Assembly: GCA_016906335.1 (NCBI GenBank)
Contig: JADEYG010000003.1
Location: 1,240,001-1,304,000, forward strand
Length of the DNA: 64,000 nt
Direction of reading: 5' to 3'
From: Novakomyces olei
Lineage: Eukaryota
Shown piece by piece: positions 23,987 through 36,058 of this stretch. Both the position numbers and the translations under genes were made by a program. The notes under the pieces were generated by a model that worked only from the letters and a program-made list of their open reading frames with translations, was not told the origin of the DNA and did no database searches. How positions within the stretch are numbered: position 1 is the stretch's first letter; each line of letters opens with the position of its first letter.

Positions 23987-26325
23987 GGAAAAGGTTATAC
24001 ACTGGCTGGCTTGTATTTTTGTTGATCCATGCTTGACTGCTCTTTCGGTGCCTTGGCCTTCTTTCCGGGCTACTTTGCCTTGGCAGCTCCTGACCGTTCA
24101 CTACTCCTTCTCTTTGTGTTTTGCCAACGGCATTGAAAAACTCTGCTATTGTGTGCATCGGCACGGGTCCCGTCGTCTCTTCTCACCCTCGACTAGTCAT
24201 ATCTAAATACTCTTATCTGTGCTCCCTACTTGCTTTTGATGTTTTCTGTTTGATTGTGGTTTTACTATATCCTGTTTTCCCTTCCATCCGTGTGTCTCTA
24301 CAAATTAATTATTGTCTTTAGCTCTGCTGTGCTGCCGTCTCTCACGTTGCGCATATATAGCAGGCAAATAATGGAGCTCATGAACGAGCTCGTACAAACG
24401 ATCAGTATTTTCAACAATACACATGCGTCAAGTTAACCGGATGGGCGTGATAGCATTAAAAGTCTCGCCTCTTAATAGCTTTCGGTGTACAAGTCACTTT
24501 GTACAATCCGAATCTCTCAAATAATATACGAGTCCCGCCTTTGTGATTACAATGCGGGCCAACAAACAGTCAGTTTTTTTGCTATTCAACTTCGCCTTAT
24601 TTATTCCTCTTTTAAAATCAAATACAAGCCCCAAAGACAAGTCAGTCCTTCGCTCTATTAGATCACAATTTGTACGCCTCAGATATTGCCAGCACTAGCA
24701 AATTTATCGCTTAAAGACCAGTGAACAGAACCTAAAAAGATCGGAAAAAGAGCAGAAAATCCGGCAGGTAAATTCGGTCACGATCCTCGTAAATAAAAGC
24801 ATGTTTCTCAAACTTTGAACGCATTATCGACTTGAACTCGCTTTTGCATCTTCACTTATTCGTCACATCATATCACATCATACCCGAGATTAGGTCTCAA
24901 TTCAACTTTGTAAATAAATGTACGGAAACGGCAAACGTTCGGCACGATCAGTATATTGCAATGGGCATGTGCTACATAGATTCGGCGGGGACCTGTTGTA
25001 CTACTGCGATTTTCATTACTTAATTCGGGTTTGGGGTAACAAAACGAACCGTGGACTCCTCACCCTAAAAGGATGCAGGTGATTCTCAATTGTATATATA
25101 TGTTTATATATTTATTCAGCTGTGTTGGATTTGTTATACCCTTATTCATGCGATCAATTGTCCTCAGATACATATGCACGAGCCAGTTCAATGAATACGT
25201 GACTAACGGTGCAAATACACGTACGTATATACAGTTGTGATTATATGTGAAACAAAAACACAATATTTACCAATGTTCTACTCCATTATAGCTTATGTAT
25301 ATTCCCTAGCAATTTGTAGCTGATACGCTGGTATAAAATGTACCGTCGGGACTGCTGTAATAATATAAGCGGCCGCCACGCTGTACCAAATTATCGCAGC
25401 AGCGCATCTATTGCCGTTCTGCTTGAAAACGCTATAATCCCAGCAAAAGCAGATCTCATGTCTATTTCACCCATTATGTTCAGATAGTCATAAATACTTG
25501 TAAAAATAATACTCTAGTTCTGAATCTAAACAGGAAGTATCTGCTTACCTTTTGGGGACAGTGGTCGCGTTTCTGTTGACATGGTGTAAACGTGGTCACG
25601 GAAATGCCTTCAATCACCATTAAAATGGAATGAAAAAAGGGATCCAATATAAGAAACATTGGATCGTGGTCAGAAATTCTTAGATTCTTAATTTATTAAA
25701 TTCTTAGCAGAATTCAAAATATTTTGGATTCATATGCTGAAGTTTTGTTTAAGTTTATATGCCCTTCCAAGTATAGACCTCGTTTCATATGATCGATTAT
25801 CATGGATTTCCTATATCAAAAGTGCGTTGAATAACACACAAACGACTCAAAATGCCATTTTTGTTGTTGCAGTCGCTCTCCAAACAGTGCCGCTCAATGA
25901 GCCACACTGCCTTCTTGTTGGCGAAAGGTACTAGTGAACCAGTCCCAAGATGAAAGGCTGCGTATGCGTTTTCTTTTTTGATGCCTGAATCGATTGTAAA
26001 GTGAGCAAAATTAGTAAAGTCAAAAGTATTTGTTGATACTATGAATTGCCTGCTACATGCGCCAAGTATATCTACGGTCTCTGCAGTCTCTGTCTTTGTC
26101 TTGAATTCATAGTGTGGACGCTAGACCTAAATACTCAAATGTAATTCAGCATGCAAGCGATCTATAAGGACGACAAAGTCTACGTGATTTGCTTGCGTTT
26201 GCTTCAAAATAAAAGGTAATTTGGAACAGCGAGCATAAACGCCAAAAGTGGGGTCAAACGATCAAGAATTTGAAACACAATTGTTACTGCTATATTGCTC
26301 TCCTGTACCTCTACCACGAACATCA

Positions 26326-27864
26326 TTACTTGTTCTTCTTTTCCTTCTTTTCCTTCTTTTCCTTTTTCTCCTTCCTTTCCTTCTTGTCTTTCTTTTCCTT
26401 CTTATCTTCCTTTTCAGCATCCTTAGCTTTGTCCTTCTTCTCCTTCTTGTCTTTCTTTTCCTTCTTATCCTTCTTCTTCTTTGGTGATGGTTCCGCTTCC
26501 TCATCGCTCTCATCATCGTCCTCCCGCTCACGCTTCCTATCGTCACCTAATACACCATCGGGCACTTTAACATCCCGTAAAGAGGACTCGTACGCTTCTG
26601 CCATAGCTACAGAGTTCCGAGTGGGTGGGACACCAGTATCATAAAACGTTAGCCGCTCTTCCACTTGGCGCTTTAGCACTGCTCCAAATCGGGTAGACGG
26701 CACATCAGAAAACGAATCGATTCTGCTGGCAATTGAGCATTTGTTAGCCAGGAAACGGGACACCCGGCCCTTATTACGAGCAGCCGCCCGACCAATAAAC
26801 GACGAATGGTAAATCAGCCCATACTTGGGCGTGTTTCCACGGGTCTTGAGTGCCCTGAAAAGAGCCTTTTCTGCCCCCAAAATTTGTACTGTAGAAGCAG
26901 GATATTTACTCAAATTTGTCAGACTGCCAGCGTGCGAGATCATGCGCGCACCCACAACTTCGCCAATAAGCTCTGTCAAGTTTGGTGCAACTATCGCCAT
27001 CTTTTCACACAGATAAGCGTACAGCCGGCGCCTGTACTCTGCTAAATGTACGACTCGATCAGCAAAATTTAACACATTCTCCATATCCGTAGCCGCAATA
27101 TCCTGGCCCATTGAGATTTTGGCTGAGGAAATAATGTTGCGTGCAACACTTTCATCGTCGCCCACCAGGGCAGCAACATCGTGTAAATCATTGTCAGTAA
27201 GACGAGACTTGTCCTTGATGAACAGGGCGAGTCTAGCGTACTGGTCATTGTCGGCTGTGTACTTGACAAGCTCTGGGAAATGCCATCCATACCACTCGCG
27301 CACGCGCATAGAAAAGGTATTGATATCCTTGTCCAACTGATCGATCAGAGCAATTGCTTGAATAATCATGTTATCGCTGCGGTTAACGTTGAACTTAACT
27401 TTAGCACGAGAGTAAGAGTGCCCTAAGCCCAATTGCGCCCTCTCATAATCTCCAGGCTGGAGCTGCTTGAGCAGTTTGCCTCCATGGTAGCGACAGCCTC
27501 GCAACAGATCTTGTGTTAGTTCAGAAGAATCACAGTCAATCCCAAGTTCTGCTTTAATCGCGCCAGCAAGGTTTTTGTCCTGCACTCCCAATCGGCCTTT
27601 CTTGCCCTTGATATTGGTGTCGAGGAAAGCGCGCAAATGCTCGTGCACGATTCCTTCACTCACATCGTTGATGTTCTCTAGCGCATGTGCGGCATTTCGA
27701 AAAGGCGCAAAGGAAAGCAACTGTACTATTTTGCCAAATTGCGCTAAATCCTGTAAGCTGTCTTGAACTTCGCGAGTCTTTGCTCCGATCTGTTCGGGGT
27801 CTTTGACAGAATAAAGGGCGTAGCCCGTAGCGGACTCGCTCAAGAGAAAGCCCACGGCCGCCAT
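26326..27864 (-). CDS. nop56: Box C/D snoRNP protein Nop56
   Basis: LGLGHSYSRAKVKFNVNR, REWYGWHFPEL, STVQILGAEKALFRALK, RFLANKCSIASRID and a KKD/E tail. Confidence 0.96.
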   Translation of the reverse strand: MAAVGFLLSESATGYALYSVKDPEQIGAKTREVQDSLQDLAQFGKIVQLLSFAPFRNAAHALENINDVSEGIVHEHLRAFLDTNIKGKKGRLGVQDKNLAGAIKAELGIDCDSSELTQDLLRGCRYHGGKLLKQLQPGDYERAQLGLGHSYSRAKVKFNVNRSDNMIIQAIALIDQLDKDINTFSMRVREWYGWHFPELVKYTADNDQYARLALFIKDKSRLTDNDLHDVAALVGDDESVARNIISSAKISMGQDIAATDMENVLNFADRVVHLAEYRRRLYAYLCEKMAIVAPNLTELIGEVVGARMISHAGSLTNLSKYPASTVQILGAEKALFRALKTRGNTPKYGLIYHSSFIGRAAARNKGRVSRFLANKCSIASRIDSFSDVPSTRFGAVLKRQVEERLTFYDTGVPPTRNSVAMAEAYESSLRDVKVPDGVLGDDRKREREDDDESDEEAEPSPKKKKDKKEKKDKKEKKDKAKDAEKEDKKEKKDKKERKEKKEKKEKKEKKNK

Positions 27865-28351
27865 TAGAGAATTTTTTTCTTGCTCTATATTATATATATC
27901 TTATATATTTTATGTTTCATATATATTTTATTTTTTATATATATTTTATTTTTCGTATCTTGGTACTACAATTACTGCAAATACTTGATGTTGATTATGT
28001 TGCGTTAAAATAAAAGTAAATCCTAATTTAATTCTTAAATTTAATGGATTTGTTAGAGAATTGCAGCTAAGCGTGCAGGTTTTATTATTATTAAACTATT
28101 GCACGCTGCCATACAGACTGTCGCAGTATGAAATGATTTATTCGGGAAAAATATCCTGAATCAGCTCAAAGCTCTAAACATTTTCATACGATTTATATAT
28201 TTACAAAAAATAAAAATAAAAAATAAAAGCACTGTTGGTAATATACATACCCCTATAATTTCCTCCACACAGTAATTATGCTGACTATCCTGCCGGGATA
28301 TATAACTAGGTAAAAAAAATCTCAATTTCTATATACTCATTTAAAATAAAT

Positions 28352-29452
28352 TTAAACATTCTCAATGGCACCGTATTTGATACCGACTTGCTTGCGGATC
28401 TCATCGAACGCCTTCATAACCAGAATAGACTCTTTGTACGTCATAAGCGGGCACTCCTTCTTGCCTGCAGCGATTGTGCGAGCAACCTCATCAGCTTCCC
28501 AGAACAGACCTTCAGCATTGCTTCCCTTGGCTCCAATAGGAAACTCATAGGTCTTTGGTTCCGTCTTGCCATCATACGAATGAACAGTAAATGAGAGTGG
28601 CCGTGACGCCATTCCTTCGACAGTGACAAACCCTTTCTCGCCCTCAATGCGAGCAAATTGGTCCGGTGTCTTGACCACCATCGTTGTGGAGCAAGTAGCA
28701 ATTGCTCTCAGCCCAGGCCAAGTCAATGTCCAATTTGTAGATTCGTCAACGTCAGTATGTGGGCTCTTGATGCAGGTCGCCTGAACCAAGGGGCCTTTCT
28801 CCGGCTCCTTATTGGCAGGATTATCGTGGATTATCATGAAAGCCCAAACCATAGGATAAGGCCCCAAGTCCAAAAGTCCTCCACCAGCTAATTTAGGGTT
28901 AAGTGCACGGTGGGATGGATCAAGATTAATTGGGTCCCAATCGAAACCAAAGTCAACAAACAGCCGATGGATGTGGCCAATGACCTTTTGCTGGAACAGC
29001 AGTTCCCGCAGTTTCAGTGTGAGCGGGAAGAATCGCGTCCAAACTGCCTCCATGAAGAACAAGTTCTTCTCCTTCGCCAGCTGAACCAGCTTCTCTGTCT
29101 GTGCTGCATTTACAGTCAGAGGTTTCTCGCAAAGGACATTGCGTCCCGCGTTAAGGCTGTCCAGAGCGTTGCGGTAATGGTGCGAATGCGGGGTCGCGAT
29201 GTACACACATTGCACAGAGTCATCCTTCAGCATTTCGTCATAAGAGCCATAATAAGAGCACGATCCGTCATCAGGAACCCCACACTCTTTTCCAAATTTT
29301 TTGGCCTTGGCCAAAGACGACGAGCCAACAGCCGAAACGATGTGTTTCACGTCGGACACATTACGCTCTGCAGTAGGCGCCAGCAAGTCGAGCGTGAACT
29401 TTTGTGCGATACCTCCACATCCAAGAATACCCCAGCGTAGAGTAGCTACCAT
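28352..29452 (-). CDS. Gfo/Idh/MocA oxidoreductase (dihydrodiol/D-xylose dehydrogenase-like)
   Basis: LRWGILGCGGIA, YIATPHSHH, VLCEKP, MEAVWTRF and GGGLLDLGPY motifs. Confidence 0.9.
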   Translation of the reverse strand: MVATLRWGILGCGGIAQKFTLDLLAPTAERNVSDVKHIVSAVGSSSLAKAKKFGKECGVPDDGSCSYYGSYDEMLKDDSVQCVYIATPHSHHYRNALDSLNAGRNVLCEKPLTVNAAQTEKLVQLAKEKNLFFMEAVWTRFFPLTLKLRELLFQQKVIGHIHRLFVDFGFDWDPINLDPSHRALNPKLAGGGLLDLGPYPMVWAFMIIHDNPANKEPEKGPLVQATCIKSPHTDVDESTNWTLTWPGLRAIATCSTTMVVKTPDQFARIEGEKGFVTVEGMASRPLSFTVHSYDGKTEPKTYEFPIGAKGSNAEGLFWEADEVARTIAAGKKECPLMTYKESILVMKAFDEIRKQVGIKYGAIENV

Positions 29453-29869
29453 TGTGCTATATTAAGCTACGAGAAAGGCAGAGGGTAGTAGAGTCCTTCG
29501 AGCCAAAATTCGATTGAGCAGGAGGAGTACGGAAATTAAAAGAAAAGGCCTAAACCGCCGTATTTATAATGTGGTTGGGATGGATAAACGTAGCAAAGAA
29601 ACTTTTGATTATTAAGCGCGCCATCATTATGTGGGGTGAGAGTATACAAGTGCCGAAACATTAATATAGTGCAGAGATTATTTATAGTTTTCAGGCACAA
29701 AATTAGAGGCAGAAAGGCAGAGGAAACTACAATGAGGAAACAAAACGTAGAGAAAACGCCGCAAAGGTATAGGATTCGCCGGAAGGATTACCTAAACTCG
29801 AAACGAAAAGTGATCGGCTAAAGTGTTTGAGGCGAGTTGAAGGGTCTGTTTGGCGGGGAGAGTTTAAAT

Positions 29870-30360
29870 TAAAATCGGCGATAACGGCGTTAGCTTGGAC
29901 TGTGTGTTGTGCTCCTGTAATTATAATAGGTGGAAGATTATCGCCATCTTTATATTGCTGTTATCGCCTAAACGAATGCAAGTCATCCCACTGCTTGCTG
30001 TGCGTATGATATTTAATATGTGCAGGAAAATAAAGGGGAAACCATCCCAACCTTGCCATGACTGCACGTCACTCGTTCCCGACCCAGTTTGGGTTACGGC
30101 GCTGGTCAGAAGGTTGTAGCGATGGGTTAGTGTATAATATTCGTATTTCAGCTGCTATGTATGAGAGCAGTGTCGCCTCTTTCAAGGTCTTTTTGTAGGC
30201 GAAATTGTTCCACGGCTGTCTTGCGCTTATTGGCGACGCACCATTTTCGTAGGAACCGCTTTTAATCGTAGATCATCGGTTAATGGATAATTTAAATTTT
30301 TGGAATGTTTTATCGCTTATTGCTGTGTGACTCAAGGATGAATCGAATTTGACGTTCCAA
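29870..30360 (+). ncRNA. Candidate structured ncRNA with an Sm-like site (unidentified)
   Basis: Consecutive stems, most with plus-strand G-U pairs, then AATTTTTGG at 30295-30303 overlapping the start of a final stem. No family recognised. Confidence 0.25.
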
Positions 30361-31378
30361 GGCGATATCCGCAGCTGCATTAAGAATTTCTTGTTTCATA
30401 GAGTTTGTTATCCTGATGAGGGCTGTCGGTGCAGAATCACAACGAATAAAAGCAATGTTCTTGACTGCCTTAATTTTAATGTCAACTCTACTTTGTCTTG
30501 CTTATACTTGGAGGCTTCCTTATTAGAGAACTGGCTTGCACGACGAAAGTGAAGATGGCTCGATTAGCCGTCTTTTATTTTCATGATTCGGCTCAGTCCG
30601 GCTATACTTTCGCGCGGATTTAATGCATAAAGTACCCGAAATCTTGACCGAATATAATTATTTTATATTATTAGATTCTTGTGAATTTATGGTACCTTTG
30701 AAAACGATTAAAGCCGAAGTGAAAAAAACGGCCATCCATTCCACACACGTTCGATTTTATTCCAGGTCATAGCTATAGGATATCTTGTTATTATTTTCTA
30801 AAGACAGGCTGAACGACAACCACAGCAATTGATGCCCGCCCCATAGATTGTTTGGGTCAAAGTAAAACAATACCATGTAAACAAAGGATATATATTTTGA
30901 CATTGAGGGGGAAAGTGGGGCTATAAGAAAAGAACCCCGGGGTTAGGGTTAATAGCCGTACGGAAGGCACGCGTGTGCCATTGTAAGACTAGTAAATCAG
31001 GCGCATGAGTTTGGCAATAAAACTACACCCAGAAACTGAAATAGAGTCCGGACAAAGTATGCCGACACAAAAGGTAGCCATTATACCACGACTGTTGATG
31101 TATAGCTGATGTTATTCTAGCCACATAATTTCGCCCCACAATATATATCAACCCTAAATCCGGAAAATTATCTGTGCGTGCGGCCGGCGGTCCGAGTGAT
31201 TTAATTTTTCTTTTCCTACGTCTTCCCCACAAAAAGAAAACCCTGACTGGGATAATAATAATTGCTTGCCATCCATCCATCGCCCTTTGATCACAAGCCA
31301 GAAACAAGAGATTGGGTAAACTTCAGATAGTTGGCAGAAGAGCAAGGGGATACAAATTGGCTGGTCTTTCCTCAAACA

Positions 31379-33398
31379 ATGGCGTGGCGAATGAGTCCGC
31401 AGCTCGAGAAGAGCGTACATCATTTCGCTAGATTTCCTCAGACAGGTGTCTCGTTACGTCAAATGGTTCAATTTGGTATGGCATTAGGGTTCTTGCTTTG
31501 CGACTAGCATTTGATTATTGAAATTTGGCATTGCTATTAGCTATTAGGGGCTTGCATTGCCTAAGCTTGATCATGGATTTAAAAGCTTTTTTTCTTTTTC
31601 AACTGTCCGTAACCAAGAATCCAAGAGACTAATTGAGTTTTTGGGTTCCTGACTAACGATCAAGGACAACATCCTAATCCGGGGGTCTTATTCAAGGCCA
31701 GTCAGTTCCTCAAAGGTATAATCCAAACTATTTACACCATTTCCTGTTCCGACACTTTTCAATTTTGATTGGAGAGACGATTCTATCGTCTCTGCCGCTT
31801 TTTGGTCGACTCGTGCATTATACCTTTTTCAGCCTGTCTACTCATCAATTATGCTCATATTTCGTCGTGGTTTATGTCCAGTTTTATCTAGGTCAATATC
31901 AATCTAACAAACCAGAGGAGTTACCAATCCGGCTTGCCCACCGCGTCAAAGAGTTAGACGAGCTGCCGGACGGTTTAAATGAAATGCATGCTATTCAACG
32001 GGTAAAAATGTGGTACGCACAGAGTTTCGAGGTATGATTTTAGGCTTTTATTCGATTTCTGATAATCAGGAAATCATTGATATGGTACCGCCAAATCTTC
32101 CAATAGATCTCAAAGAGATCCTTCGCCGTGCTAACGGCAATGGATCACAAATGGCCAAGGCTGAGCCTAATCCGTCTCTTGTGGGACACGATAATTTGGG
32201 CACTGGCAAATCACGGCACGTAAATAACCGCTACTATGGAAACGTGCCAGACGAGCTGGAATACCCCGCCGATCTATTGGCGTACAATCAGCTTTTTGCT
32301 CGCAAACTCAACACAATAAAGACCAGGCATGATCCTGTTGTGACCACGATTGGTAAGCTACTTTATTGCTTGATCAAGATTTTTTATTACACAAGATTTC
32401 CTATACTGCATCTGCGTCGCCTTCGCTTTAATTTAGTGTTTATATCGTTTTTTAATAGAAGGTTATGTTTTCTGTCTTGCTTTTGCGTTTGATCTTTAGA
32501 ATCATTAAAGCATGCAGCTAATAATTCAGCACAGGGAATTTTGGAGTACAAGAAAAAGCGACGGAGAACGCACTTGGATACGTCGATTCAGCGTTTCCTC
32601 GACCGCTTTTATATGTCTCGTATTGGGATTCGAATGCTTATTGGACAGCACATCTCACTGGTTCAAGACCCACCTCGGGAAAATTATGTGGGGGTCATTT
32701 GCACAGCGACAAACGTGCGGCAAATCGCTCAAGAGGCCATTGATAACGCTCGTTTAATCTGTCAAGACTATTATGCTTTGTTTGACGCACCGCAAGTGCA
32801 ACTCATTTGCCCGGAAGAAGTGAAATTCATGTATGTTGAGTCCCATCTTGCTCACATGCTGTTTGAGACTGTGAAGAACTCGCTGAGAGCAGTTGTTGAG
32901 TTCCACGGAGCTGAAGCGGAAACATTTCCGCCTATAAAGGTGATTGTATCACAAGGACAGCATGATATCACCATTAAAATCTCGGATGAAGGAGGCGGAA
33001 TCCCTCGCGCTGCTATGGATATGGTCTGGACATACATGTATACGACGGCTGAGGAACAGGGCCTGGATGAAACTTTAGCCAGCTCTGACTTTAAAGCACC
33101 CATGGCGGTATGCTCTTTTTACTATTCTAAATATATATTATATCTTTTATGTAATCTTTTTCAGCCAAGATTTTGTGAAATAAATGAATACTTTTCTTTG
33201 TTAATTTGGCTTTTATTATGCTACAGACTATTAGACTATCATACTAATTAACAGGGCTTCGGGTACGGACTTCCAATTTCTCGTCTGTATGCACGGTATT
33301 TCGGCGGTGATCTTTCTCTCACTAGCATGGAAGGATATGGGACTGATGTGTATCTCCACTTGAACCGTCTCAGTACGAGCACGGAACCACTTCAGTAG
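31379..33398 (+). CDS. Pyruvate dehydrogenase kinase (PDK/BCKDK family); about 6 exons
   Basis: Spliced: [45 protein letters not shown]...[19 protein letters not shown]...KNSLRA...ISDEGGG...[22 protein letters not shown]. Confidence 0.93.
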
Positions 33399-33819
33399 CG
33401 ATTGCAATGATCGCAATCCTGATTAAGCGCATGAATGTGTATCTGATAATTTTTTTCAATACAGATGCATGTTTTGCGGTATATTCATATTTTGCTTGCT
33501 GCATCAATCGCATACTAGTTACGTAGTCAAGTATGCGCTTTCAGGCGCACAGTAACGCGGTCAAGTCGACCGCTTAACTTTTAATAAAAACGTGTCAGCT
33601 TAACCCTAACCCTAAATCTGTCGGTATAATTTCTCCACAGTTCATTATGTAAGCCAAAAAGATGCGCACAGTAGTGGCAATGATATCGAGATAAATCCAA
33701 TCTTTTCTAATAAATCATAATAATCAATAGAGATAATATACAACAACGATAAAAAAGCAATACAAAATACAAACCTCAAATATTCAGTCAGATACAACGG
33801 TCAATACTATATCAATGTG

Positions 33820-35807
<1,988 letters not shown>

Positions 35808-36058
35808 GTGTGCGTGAATGTATAAATATAAATATAAATATAAACATTAATATTAATATTAATATTAATAATAAAGAGCAAAAAAATTTAATATTTGGTT
35901 GTTTCAAGATGATTGTAAATGCTTTTATTGATATAAGCAACATTGTATTATGCCTATGATTCAATATACACTGTTTATGCAGCCAAACGTGTAATATGCG
36001 ACATCGTAATATAGATTCTCCCAACAGCCCACAGTACTCCTAGATATATACATTTATT

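Noticed and set aside
29600..29795. Minus-strand GTAATC donor, CTAAT branch and about 100 nt without AG, reminiscent of spliceosomal 3' processing of telomerase RNA
   Set aside because: No Sm site sits next to the donor and no pseudoknot was found upstream; too weak to report.
30015..30045. AGGAAAATAA resembling U12 snRNA and AAACCAT resembling the snR30/U17 m2 motif
   Set aside because: The U12 branch-pairing GUAAGGA is absent, and there is no upstream m1 motif or correctly spaced ACA box.
30905..30930. GGGGCTA resembling the RNase MRP CR-V region
   Set aside because: I found no matching upstream CR-I (AAGUCCCC-like) partner for helix P4.
31765..33251. Fragmented ORFs suggesting pseudogenes (PDK, also syg1, DnaJ and PX genes)
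   Set aside because: Canonical introns join the fragments into intact reading frames.
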